A stretch of DNA of 62,442 bases, filler included. It is 7 parts of 7 records of this genome, joined end to end, with 100 filler letters (N's around TTAATTAATTAA, not from the genome) between each part and the next. Parts side by side here need not be neighbours in the genome. Positions count along the whole stretch, not along the records: positions 1 to 14,135 come from SRR20825006_2214; positions 14,236 to 27,343 come from SRR20825006_2225; 5 more parts are not named here. One strand, 5' to 3'. Made by a program: the position numbers and the translations under genes. Every line of letters starts with the position of its first letter. The first letter of the stretch is position 1. Positions 8,847-17,485 of this stretch are shown here, one piece after another. The notes beneath the pieces are model-generated. The model was not told the origin of the DNA. It saw nothing but the letters and a program-made list of their open reading frames with translations, and made no database searches.

Positions 8847-9908
8847 GTGAATGATCTGATTCTGTCCTCCCCCATGCCTGCGCTGTCCCTGCCCGCTGCG
8901 GGCGCGCCAATCCAGCTGAGCCGCCGGGCTAAGGCTGCGGTGGTCGTGCGCCTGTTGCTGAACGAGGGTGCAGATATCCCGCTGGAGGATCTGCCCGAGG
9001 AACTGCAATCCCACCTGACCAAGGCCATGGGCCAGATGCGCACCGTTGACCGGGACACGCTGTCTGCTGTGGTGTCCGAATTCGCCGAAGAGGTCGAGCG
9101 TATCGGCCTGCGGTTCCCCGGCGGCATCGCGGGTGCGCTGAACGCGCTTGAGGGCAAGATCAGCCCGCAGACCGCCGAACGTCTGCGCAAGGAAGCAGGC
9201 GTACGACAGGCGGGAGATCCATGGAAGCGCATCCGCGACATGGGCGCGGACAAGCTGTTGCCGGTCCTGCAAAGCGAAAGCATCGAGGTCTGTGCCGTTG
9301 TGATGTCCAAGCTTGAGGTAAAAAAGGCTGCTGCCCTGCTGGGCCTGTTGCCCGGTCCCCGCGCGCGCCAGATCACTTATGCGGTGTCGCTGACAGGATC
9401 GGTCACGACGGATGCGGTGGAACGGATTGGCCTTTCGCTGGCCATGCAATTGAACGCGCAGCCTTTGGGTGCATTTGACACGGGGCCGGTGGAACGTGTG
9501 GGCGCGATCCTGAATTCGTCCACATCCGTCACCCGCGACGACGTGCTCGAAGGCTTGGACGAGACCGATCAGGGCTTTGCCAATGCGGTGCGCAAGGCGA
9601 TCTTTACCTTTGCCAACATCCCGCAGCGCATCGCGCCCCGCGACATTCCCCGCGTGCTGCGCGAGGTGGACCCCGCCGATCTGCTGATTGCCATGGCGGG
9701 TGCCGAAGCTGCGGGCATGAAAGTATCGGCCGATTTCATCCTTGAGAACATGTCGGGGCGCATGGCCGATTCCCTACGCGAGGAAATGCAGGAAACCGCC
9801 GCCCCCAAACCCGCCGACCACGACACCGCCACGTCCAATATGGTCGCCGCCATCCGCAAGCTTGAGGCCGAGGGCGAGTTGATCCTGATGGCAGAAGAGG
9901 AAGAATAG
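8847..9908 (+). CDS. fliG: Flagellar motor switch protein FliG-like
   Basis: KAAVVVRLL N-terminus, VRKAIFTF, FILENMSGRMA, AIRKLEAEGEL resemble FliG. Confidence 0.75.
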   Translation: MNDLILSSPMPALSLPAAGAPIQLSRRAKAAVVVRLLLNEGADIPLEDLPEELQSHLTKAMGQMRTVDRDTLSAVVSEFAEEVERIGLRFPGGIAGALNALEGKISPQTAERLRKEAGVRQAGDPWKRIRDMGADKLLPVLQSESIEVCAVVMSKLEVKKAAALLGLLPGPRARQITYAVSLTGSVTTDAVERIGLSLAMQLNAQPLGAFDTGPVERVGAILNSSTSVTRDDVLEGLDETDQGFANAVRKAIFTFANIPQRIAPRDIPRVLREVDPADLLIAMAGAEAAGMKVSADFILENMSGRMADSLREEMQETAAPKPADHDTATSNMVAAIRKLEAEGELILMAEEEE

Positions 9909-9959
9909 GCCGCAGCGTCCAGACTGGACAGCGACAGCACCGCGCCGTAAGCGCGGGGA

Positions 9960-10853
9960 ATGAACGCACCCCACACCGCCGCCAACCCTGCCCGCGCCAT
10001 CCTGCTGGCCGTTCTTGCCATTGCCTGCTTTGGCGGCATGGATGCCAGCGTCAAGGCGATCAGCCCGCTGACCGGCACCGTGCCGGCCCTGTGGGCGCGC
10101 TATGGTGGGCAGATGCTGGTGGTTCTGATCCTCGTGGCCCCGCGCCTGCGCAGCGTCGCGCGCAGCCAGTACCCAAAACTGCAGATCGCACGGTCCTTGC
10201 TGCTGATGACCGCGACCGGCTTTTTCTTCACGGCCTTGGGCAAGATCGGGCTGGCCGAGGCAACGGCAGTGATGAGCCTGAACCCCGTGCTGATCACCCT
10301 GGGCGGTGCGCTGTTTCTGGGCGAGGCGCTTGGCCCCCGCCGCATCTTTGCCATTGCCGCCGCCCTGGTCGGCGCGCTGATCGTGATCCGCCCCGGAACA
10401 GAAGTGTTCGCACCTGCTGCCCTGCTGCCGCTGGGCTCGGCTGTGTGCTTTGCCTCTTATACTCTGCTGACGCGTCGCCTGGGATCGGACGAAGATGTGT
10501 GGACATCACTGTTCTATACCGGCCTTGTCGGCTCGGTCGTGATGACCTGTCTTGTGCCCTTCCACTGGACCCCGCTGACACCGACATCGGCCACGCTGAT
10601 GGTGATGATCGGCTGTTTCGGCACCGTCGGGCAACTGATGCTGATCCGCGCCCTGTCGCAGGCCGAGGCGGGGTTGCTTGCGCCCTTCAACTACACGGGA
10701 CTGGTGCTGGCGATGCTGTGGGGCGTGGTGTTTTTCGACGAATTCCCCGACCGATGGACGCTGGTCGGTGCGCTTGTGATCGTGGGGGCGGGTCTGTATG
10801 TCTGGCACCGCGAAACCCGTCTGGCGCGTGCGCCGGCCCTGTCTCAGGTGTGA
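9960..10853 (+). CDS. DMT/EamA family transporter
   Basis: About 10 hydrophobic helices, LFLGE..GPRR, APFNY motifs. Confidence 0.9.
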   Translation: MNAPHTAANPARAILLAVLAIACFGGMDASVKAISPLTGTVPALWARYGGQMLVVLILVAPRLRSVARSQYPKLQIARSLLLMTATGFFFTALGKIGLAEATAVMSLNPVLITLGGALFLGEALGPRRIFAIAAALVGALIVIRPGTEVFAPAALLPLGSAVCFASYTLLTRRLGSDEDVWTSLFYTGLVGSVVMTCLVPFHWTPLTPTSATLMVMIGCFGTVGQLMLIRALSQAEAGLLAPFNYTGLVLAMLWGVVFFDEFPDRWTLVGALVIVGAGLYVWHRETRLARAPALSQV

Positions 10854-10860
10854 TCCGCCC

Positions 10861-11760
10861 ATGGCCAAAACCGACCTATCGACCATGCCGCTGCGCGAAC
10901 GCGCCGGGCACTATGTGTCAAACGCGATCATCTACTCGCTGATCCGTGTGGCGCTGGCCCTGCCCTATGCGACACGCGTGGCGCTGCTGGGCGGGATCGT
11001 GGAACGTATCGTGGGGCCGCTGGTGGGCTACCGCCGCCGTGCCGAGGCGAACCTTGCGCTGATCTACCCCGAGATGGCCGCGACGGAACGGCGGCGTATC
11101 GCGCGGGCCTGCCTGAACAACGCGGGCCGCAGCATCATCGAGAATTATTCGTCGGAAGAGTTCCTGCACCGCATGGAAAACCAGCCGGTGACCGGCGCAG
11201 GTTTCGACGCCTTGCGCGAGGCCGATGCCGCCGACCGTCCGGTCATTCTGGTGACGGGGCATTTCGGGAACTACGAGGCGACGCGCGCCGCACTGGTGGC
11301 ACAGGGCTTTGCCGTGGGCGGGCTGTACCGCGACATGGCCAACCCATATTTCAACGCCCATTACGTCAAGACAATGCAGGCCTTTGGCGGCCCTGTCTTT
11401 CCGCAAGGGCGGCGTGGCACATCCGGCTTTGTCCGCCATTTGCGCGGCGGTGGGCAGTTGGTGCTTTTGTTCGATCAGCATGTGTTCGAGGGGACGGTGC
11501 TGGATTTCATGGGCCAGCCTGCAAAAACCGCCCTGTCGGCAGCCGAGCTTGCGCTGCGGTTCGATGCTTTACTGATCCCGTTCTACGGCATCCGTCAGGC
11601 TGATGGCCTGAGCTTTGAAACGGTGCTGGAAGCGCCAGTTGCGCATACGGATGCGGAAACGATGACACAGGCGCTGAATGACAGTCTGGGTGCAAGGGTA
11701 CGCCAAAACCCCGAACAATGGTTCTGGGTGCACCGGCGCTGGCGCGCGTACGAGGTCTGA
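10861..11760 (+). CDS. Lipid A biosynthesis acyltransferase (LpxL/HtrB family)
   Basis: GHFGNYE, LLFDQH, PEQWFWVHRRW. Confidence 0.9.
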   Translation: MAKTDLSTMPLRERAGHYVSNAIIYSLIRVALALPYATRVALLGGIVERIVGPLVGYRRRAEANLALIYPEMAATERRRIARACLNNAGRSIIENYSSEEFLHRMENQPVTGAGFDALREADAADRPVILVTGHFGNYEATRAALVAQGFAVGGLYRDMANPYFNAHYVKTMQAFGGPVFPQGRRGTSGFVRHLRGGGQLVLLFDQHVFEGTVLDFMGQPAKTALSAAELALRFDALLIPFYGIRQADGLSFETVLEAPVAHTDAETMTQALNDSLGARVRQNPEQWFWVHRRWRAYEV

Positions 11761-11763
11761 GAC

Positions 11764-12384
11764 CTACAGCCGCGCCGTCAGGATCTTGAAACCGGCCAAG
11801 CCGAACCCGATGGCGAATGCCCCCTCGAACCAACGGCGCAGGTTTATGTACTTTCGGGTCATCGCCGGCGTTGAGAACAACAGCGCATAGCCGTGAAAGA
11901 CCAGCGCGCTTTGCAATCCCACGGCAGCAATGACCAGAACCAGCTGCTGCGCTGTCGCGTTTGCAGGCATCCCGAGCGCATAGAGCGAGCCGAAAAACAA
12001 TATCGCCTTGGGGTTTGTGATGTGCAAAGCCACACCGCGCAGAAAGACGGTCTTGCGATTGCCCGCAACGGCGCGCGGTTGCATCTGTTTCGGCGACAGC
12101 GCGGATTTTGCGGATTTATAGGCCAGGAACAATAGATAGGCCGTCCCTGCGTAGCGCATCACCTCGAACAGCCAGGCATGGGCCATCATCACCGCGCTCA
12201 GCCCGAGCGCTGCCGAGATCGACCAGAAAAGCGACCCCATCATGATGCCGGATGCCAACATCAGCCCCGCGACGCGTCCCGATCCCATCGACGTGCCCGC
12301 AATCGCCATGGTCGACGGTCCGGGGCTGGCCACAGCAACCAGCGAGGCCAGCAGAATCAAGGCAAGGTTCACATCCATAATCAT
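11764..12384 (-). CDS. LysE/RhtB family exporter
   Basis: SPGP, GTAYLLFLAY, NPKAILFF motifs. Confidence 0.92.
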   Translation of the reverse strand: MIMDVNLALILLASLVAVASPGPSTMAIAGTSMGSGRVAGLMLASGIMMGSLFWSISAALGLSAVMMAHAWLFEVMRYAGTAYLLFLAYKSAKSALSPKQMQPRAVAGNRKTVFLRGVALHITNPKAILFFGSLYALGMPANATAQQLVLVIAAVGLQSALVFHGYALLFSTPAMTRKYINLRRWFEGAFAIGFGLAGFKILTARL

Positions 12385-12438
12385 GGGAAAAACCTAGTCG
12401 CAAAACAGCAGGTCCAAAAGAACCAAACGCGCGCCGCC

Positions 12439-13131
12439 TTAGCGCAGTGCGTCGGCCGCCAGGATCGCGCCGTCGGTGCCTTTCTGGACCAGCACAACCA
12501 GCGGTGCGTCACCTGTCACGGGCACGTTCAGCGACAGGTCACTGCGCCCGTCCCATGTGCCAATTGCCTTCCAGTCCCAGGCAACATTGGCATAGTCCAG
12601 CGTCATGCCCGCATTCTCGCCCCGGGTGATCCGTGTGTTGCTCATCGGGGTGTAGCGCACCAGTTGCACCACCATGTTGCCCGCGGCACCCGTGTTTTGT
12701 GCCGAAATCTTCAGCGCATCGCCCTGCCGCCTCACATCCAGTGTCACCGGCGAAGGCATGGCCGCGTGTTTGGCAATCGCCTCGGACAGCTCCATCGGGC
12801 GCGCGCCCACGATGTCGGTCTGACCGTTCACCACCATCTGTGGCGTATAGATCGACCGGCGCTGGGCCGCGGCGGCATAACCACGCTGACGATCCGCATA
12901 GGCGGGCACGGCGAATTCATCTTTCCAGCCGATATAGTCCCAATAGTCCACATGCAGCGCCAGCGCGATCACATCATCGCGTTGCGCCAGCTCGGCAAAA
13001 ATCTCGTCTGCGGGCGGGCACGACGAACAGCCCTGCGAGGTGAACAACTCGACCACGACCGGCGAATCTGCGGTTCCGGGCGTGGCGGTGGACAGCAGTG
13101 CTGCGGCAAGAACGGACAAGACTGATTTCAT
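12439..13131 (-). CDS. DUF1223 thioredoxin-like secreted protein
   Basis: VELFTSQGCSSCPPAD, HVDYWDYIGWKD, YTPQMVVNG, GENAG. Confidence 0.9.
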   Translation of the reverse strand: MKSVLSVLAAALLSTATPGTADSPVVVELFTSQGCSSCPPADEIFAELAQRDDVIALALHVDYWDYIGWKDEFAVPAYADRQRGYAAAAQRRSIYTPQMVVNGQTDIVGARPMELSEAIAKHAAMPSPVTLDVRRQGDALKISAQNTGAAGNMVVQLVRYTPMSNTRITRGENAGMTLDYANVAWDWKAIGTWDGRSDLSLNVPVTGDAPLVVLVQKGTDGAILAADALR

Positions 13132-13417
13132 GTATTGGGGGCCTTTGGGTCTTTTGGTCTGGATCATACCTAACTGCATGACCCTGTAATGACCAATCAA
13201 GCTTTGTTGAAAGATGGCCAGTGACAGTGCAGGATGGTCCCAAAGCGCCACATCTGACGGCAATCTATAAAATTCGGTACACAACGGTATACAAAAGTGT
13301 CGCAGAGCGGTGGAATCCTGTTGATCCGAACTAGATTAAGATGCAAATCAGGCGCGAAGACCGCCCCCTGCCACCTGCCCCTCCCATTTGGGGCACAATA
13401 AGCCAAAGGAGCCACCC

Positions 13418-14135
13418 ATGCCCATCACAGTTGGCCATGATACGTCCAAAACCCGCAAGACACTGACCGTCGGCGACCAATCCGTCGCCTATTATTCGAT
13501 TCCCGCCGCCACCGAAGCAGGCCTGGGCGATTTCTCGAAATTGCCCGCCGCGTTGAAAGTGGTGCTGGAAAACATGCTGCGGTTCGAAGACGGCAAGACC
13601 GTCACAACCGACGACATCAAGGCCTTTGCCGAATGGGCAACAAAGGGCGGCAACAACCCGCGCGAGATCGCCTATCGTCCGGCCCGCGTGCTGATGCAGG
13701 ATTTCACCGGCGTTCCGGCTGTGGTCGACCTGGCCGCGATGCGCGATGGTCTGAAGGCTCTGGGCGGCGACCCGGAAAAGATCAACCCGCTGAACCCCGT
13801 CGATCTGGTCATCGACCACTCGGTTATGATCGACGAATTCGGCAACCCGCGTGCGTTCCAGATGAACGTGGATCGCGAATACGAGCGGAACATGGAACGC
13901 TATGTGTTCCTGAAATGGGGTCAGAAGGCGTTTAACAACTTCCGCGTGGTCCCCCCCGGCACCGGCATCTGCCATCAGGTGAACCTGGAGTATCTGGCCC
14001 AGACCGTCTGGTCCGACAAGGACCAGAACGGCGAGCTGGTGGCCTATCCCGACACATTGGTCGGCACCGACAGCCACACAACTATGGTCAACGGCGCGGC
14101 TGTTCTGGGCTGGGGCGTGGGCGGCATCGAGGCCG
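13418..14135 (+). CDS. acnA: Aconitate hydratase A, 5' part (truncated by gap)
   Basis: [39 protein letters not shown]. Confidence 0.97.
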
Positions 14136-14235
14136 NNNNNNNNNNNNNNNNNNNNNNNNNNNNNNNNNNNNNNNNNNNNTTAATTAATTAANNNNNNNNN
14201 NNNNNNNNNNNNNNNNNNNNNNNNNNNNNNNNNNN
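14136..14235. other. Artificial contig linker
   Basis: 44 N + TTAATTAATTAA (stops in all six frames) + 44 N. Confidence 0.99.
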
Positions 14236-14291
14236 CACCATAATTTATAGTTATCTATAGTTCTCTTCCTCCTTCTGCTGCATAAGCTCAC

Positions 14292-15230
14292 CTATCCAAA
14301 AAGAGCGACTGGGTCGGCATTTTGCAGCACATTCCGCAAGCTCTGATCACTCACATGCGTATAGATTTCGGTTGTAGAGATTGTGCTGTGACCCAACAAT
14401 TTCTGCACAAACCGGATATCCACTCCTTTTTCAAGCAGCATGGTTGCTGCTGTGTGGCGGAATGAATGTGGTGTGATCCGGGTTTCTGATTGCGACAGCT
14501 CTGCAAGTTTCTTAATTCTGAGACGAAGTGTTTGTGGGGTCAGAGTGGATCCGTTTCTATTCACAAAGAAACTTGATGATGGTTTGCTTCCGTCCGAGTA
14601 ACGGGCACTCATATAGCTTCGGAGTCTCTCTTGAAGAGACGGGTTCATCACATAGACAATGCGTTCACGGCTGCCTTTGCCCCGAATGCGATATCTCTCG
14701 CCATCTGTGGAAACATCCTCCAGACGTAAAGAGGAGAGTTCTCCAACTCTGATCCCGGTTGCGATCATCAGTCGAAGTGCCAGATCTGTTGAAAGCTGCA
14801 TGTTTGAAGGCTTCTGAAACTCCGTCTTCCTCCCCGTTGAAGCAGAAGATTTTGTCGCCATCAGCATTCTGGAAACTTGTGGTTCGCTTAAAGCTCTTGG
14901 TAACCGTTTGGGTAACTGGATGCGAACAGGCAAATTGTCGCATGGAGAAGGGGAAAGAAATCCCTGACCCGCCATCCACGAAAAATACTTGCGAATACAA
15001 ATCCATCGACGTCGGACGGTTGCGGGGCCATTTTGCCGTTTAACCCTCAGATACTCTATAAAATCTATTATCTTTTCAGAGGTCACAGCCTCAGGTGAGG
15101 TTTTCTGATTAAGGAAATTTCCGAAGATATTCAGGTCCTGTTGATACGCTTTGATGGTGTTGGTTGAGAGCGATTTGATCGACCTGCAATGATCGATAAA
15201 ACCTTGAATGTGGACTGTGTGAGCGGTCAT
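14292..15230 (-). CDS. XerC/XerD-like tyrosine recombinase
   Basis: SAM-like N-domain; catalytic R (TGIRVGE), K (GKG), HSFR, LLGH, Y (TEIYTH); AT-richer than the neighbouring trb genes. Confidence 0.93.
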   Translation of the reverse strand: MTAHTVHIQGFIDHCRSIKSLSTNTIKAYQQDLNIFGNFLNQKTSPEAVTSEKIIDFIEYLRVKRQNGPATVRRRWICIRKYFSWMAGQGFLSPSPCDNLPVRIQLPKRLPRALSEPQVSRMLMATKSSASTGRKTEFQKPSNMQLSTDLALRLMIATGIRVGELSSLRLEDVSTDGERYRIRGKGSRERIVYVMNPSLQERLRSYMSARYSDGSKPSSSFFVNRNGSTLTPQTLRLRIKKLAELSQSETRITPHSFRHTAATMLLEKGVDIRFVQKLLGHSTISTTEIYTHVSDQSLRNVLQNADPVALFG

Positions 15231-15488
15231 GCGTCAATACTCCTTGAATGAAGATATGACGGCATACCTTATGTTTTCTGTTTGAAAACAGCTATTTGTC
15301 CAAATCGGGACAGTTTGTTTCCAAGGATCGTCTCACTCTTTCCTGTTACCTTCTGAAGTGAAGCGGTCGATACGGGTTCAGTCCCCACTTCGTTAACGAA
15401 GGTAATTTGGCGTATGTGGGGGCCATAAGAGATTCCCCGCTCTTCCTCCATTCTTCCCTGACCTTTTCCGATAGTCAGGGCAGGGGCA

Positions 15489-15890
15489 ATGAAGCCGCGT
15501 CACAACATCTATATCGATGCCGACACTAGTGCCGAACTTGAAGCACTGGCTGCACGCCCGGGCACCTCCAAATCGGCGATCATCGGCGATGCCCTGCGTC
15601 ATTATCTCCGTCATCGCGGTGCCAATGCCCTTGATGAAGCTTTGCGCATTCGCCTGGACCGCCTCAGCCGCGAGAGTGCCTTGGTCCGTCGGGATATCGA
15701 CGTCCTGACAGAAAGCCTTGCTTTCTTCGTGCGGCTCTATCTCACCTTCAATGCGCATACCCCGGTGCCGGACAAGGCCACCCAGGCGGTGGCCAATGAG
15801 CGCTATCAGAAATTCATCGAACAGGTCGGCCGCCAGATTGCCGGTGGACGCAAATCGTTCGAGAGCGACGAGACGGAGGCGGAACAATGA
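15489..15890 (+). CDS. CopG/ribbon-helix-helix protein preceding trbB
   Basis: RHNIYID..LEALA..SKSAII.DALR; ESLAFFVR motif; usual position in trb clusters. Confidence 0.85.
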   Translation: MKPRHNIYIDADTSAELEALAARPGTSKSAIIGDALRHYLRHRGANALDEALRIRLDRLSRESALVRRDIDVLTESLAFFVRLYLTFNAHTPVPDKATQAVANERYQKFIEQVGRQIAGGRKSFESDETEAEQ

Positions 15891-16867
15891 ACACCGTCTC
15901 CGAACAGCGCCGACGCGACATGCTGCGATCCGCACTGGGCAGCCCGATCTCTGAAGCGCTCAAGGATCCGGCCGTGATCGAGATCATGGTCAATCCGGAT
16001 GGCAAGCTGTGGCTGGACCGGCTGGGGCAGGGCTGCATCGATACAGGGGTGGTTATCCACCCGGCCGAGGCGGAACGGATCATCCGTCTGGTGGCATCAC
16101 ATATCCGCACAGAAACCCATGCTGATCAGCCGATCGTCAGCGCCGAACTTCCGGCTCAAACCAATGCCGTCGGTGGCGAACGTTTCGAGGGATTATTGCC
16201 GCCCGTCGTACGAGCCCCCTGTTTTACCATCCGCAAACCGGCCGAACGCATCTACACACTCGCCGATTATGTCCGTGACCGGATCGCGCTGCCACTGCAG
16301 GCCGATGCCCTGCGCAAGGCAGTACGTGATCGCAGGAACATCCTGATTGTCGGCGGGACCTCATCTGGCAAAACCACACTGGCCAATACGCTGCTCGCCG
16401 AGATCGCCGATTGTGAGGATCGGGTGATCCTGATCGAGGATACGCGTGAGCTGCAATGTGCCGCACGTGATTGCGTGGCGCTGCGGACCCGGCGCGATTT
16501 GGTGTCGCTGTCCGATCTGGTGCGCTCGACCCTGCGCCTGCGGCCTGACCGGATCATTGTTGGCGAGGTGCGGGGACCGGAAGCGCTCGACATGCTCAAG
16601 GCCTGGAATACAGGTCACCCCGGCGGTCTTGCGACCGTGCATGCCAACTCCGCCCATGCCGCACTCTATCGTATCGAGCAACTGGTGCAGGAAGTGGTCA
16701 CGGTCGTGCCGCGTCACCTGATTGCCGAGGCGATTGATCTGGTGGTGTTCATCTCCGGACGTGGCCCGGCGCGCAGGATCGAGACCATCGCCACCCTCAA
16801 TGGCCTGGATGGCAATGGCGATTACGCCCTGACCCCGCTCTCTCTTCCTCGCCTGCAATCGATCTGA
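15887..16867 (+). CDS. trbB: P-type conjugative transfer ATPase TrbB
   Basis: Walker A GGTSSGKT, LRLRPDRIIVGEVRG, WNTGHPGG. Confidence 0.95.
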   Translation: MNTVSEQRRRDMLRSALGSPISEALKDPAVIEIMVNPDGKLWLDRLGQGCIDTGVVIHPAEAERIIRLVASHIRTETHADQPIVSAELPAQTNAVGGERFEGLLPPVVRAPCFTIRKPAERIYTLADYVRDRIALPLQADALRKAVRDRRNILIVGGTSSGKTTLANTLLAEIADCEDRVILIEDTRELQCAARDCVALRTRRDLVSLSDLVRSTLRLRPDRIIVGEVRGPEALDMLKAWNTGHPGGLATVHANSAHAALYRIEQLVQEVVTVVPRHLIAEAIDLVVFISGRGPARRIETIATLNGLDGNGDYALTPLSLPRLQSI

Positions 16868-16880
16868 ATGGAGGAAATTC

Positions 16881-17216
16881 ATGTCTGCAAGACATTGCGC
16901 ATTATCACGCACTCTCCCGTCAGCTTTCTGTCTGGCGGTAGTCATGCTGATCGCTCTGGCACCCGATGCCATGGCTGCCGGTTCGGGTATGCCGTGGGAA
17001 GAGCCGTTGCAGCGCATTCTGGAATCCGTTCAGGGACCGGTGGCCAAGATCGTTGCGGTGATCATCATCATCGTCACCGGTCTGACCCTGGCCTTCGGCG
17101 AAACCTCCGGCGGGTTTCGGCGCCTGATCCAGATCGTATTTGGCCTGTCGATCGCCTTTGCCGCCAGTTCCTTCTTCCTGTCCTTCTTCTCGTTTGGCGG
17201 TGGGGCGCTGATCTGA
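16881..17216 (+). CDS. trbC: TrbC/VirB2 pilin
   Basis: GSGMPWEEPLQRILESVQGPVAK, hydrophobic helices. Confidence 0.93.
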   Translation: MSARHCALSRTLPSAFCLAVVMLIALAPDAMAAGSGMPWEEPLQRILESVQGPVAKIVAVIIIIVTGLTLAFGETSGGFRRLIQIVFGLSIAFAASSFFLSFFSFGGGALI

Positions 17217-17485
17217 TGCGTGATGATCGATCCGTCGAGGGGTTTGATATCCCGGTCCATCGGGCACTGACCGAGCCGATCTTTCTCGGTGGCGCACCGC
17301 GTTCGGTCGCAATCCTGAATGGCACGTTTGCGGCGGCCATCGGGCTTGGCCTGCAGCAATGGGTTGCCGGGTTGGGGTTGTTCTTTATCGGCCAGACACT
17401 GGCAGTGTTTGCTGCCAAGCGTGATCCGGATTTTTTACCGGTCCTCGCCCGCCATCTGCGCCAGAGGAGATGGTGGCGATGCTAA
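17216..17485 (+). CDS. trbD: TrbD/VirB3
   Basis: GFDIPVHRALTEPI.LGGAPR, AAKRDP; TGATG overlap with trbC. Confidence 0.9.
   Translation: MRDDRSVEGFDIPVHRALTEPIFLGGAPRSVAILNGTFAAAIGLGLQQWVAGLGLFFIGQTLAVFAAKRDPDFLPVLARHLRQRRWWRC

Noticed and set aside
14180-14191. TTAATTAATTAA recurring six times as a biological repeat
   Set aside because: Always centred in identical N runs; an artificial six-frame stop linker.
14292-15230. Integron integrase
   Set aside because: No IntI-specific insertion evident and no attC cassette array.
15373-15388. GGGTTCAGTCCCC as a tRNA T-arm/att site
   Set aside because: Loop is a base short and no acceptor stem or CCA follows.
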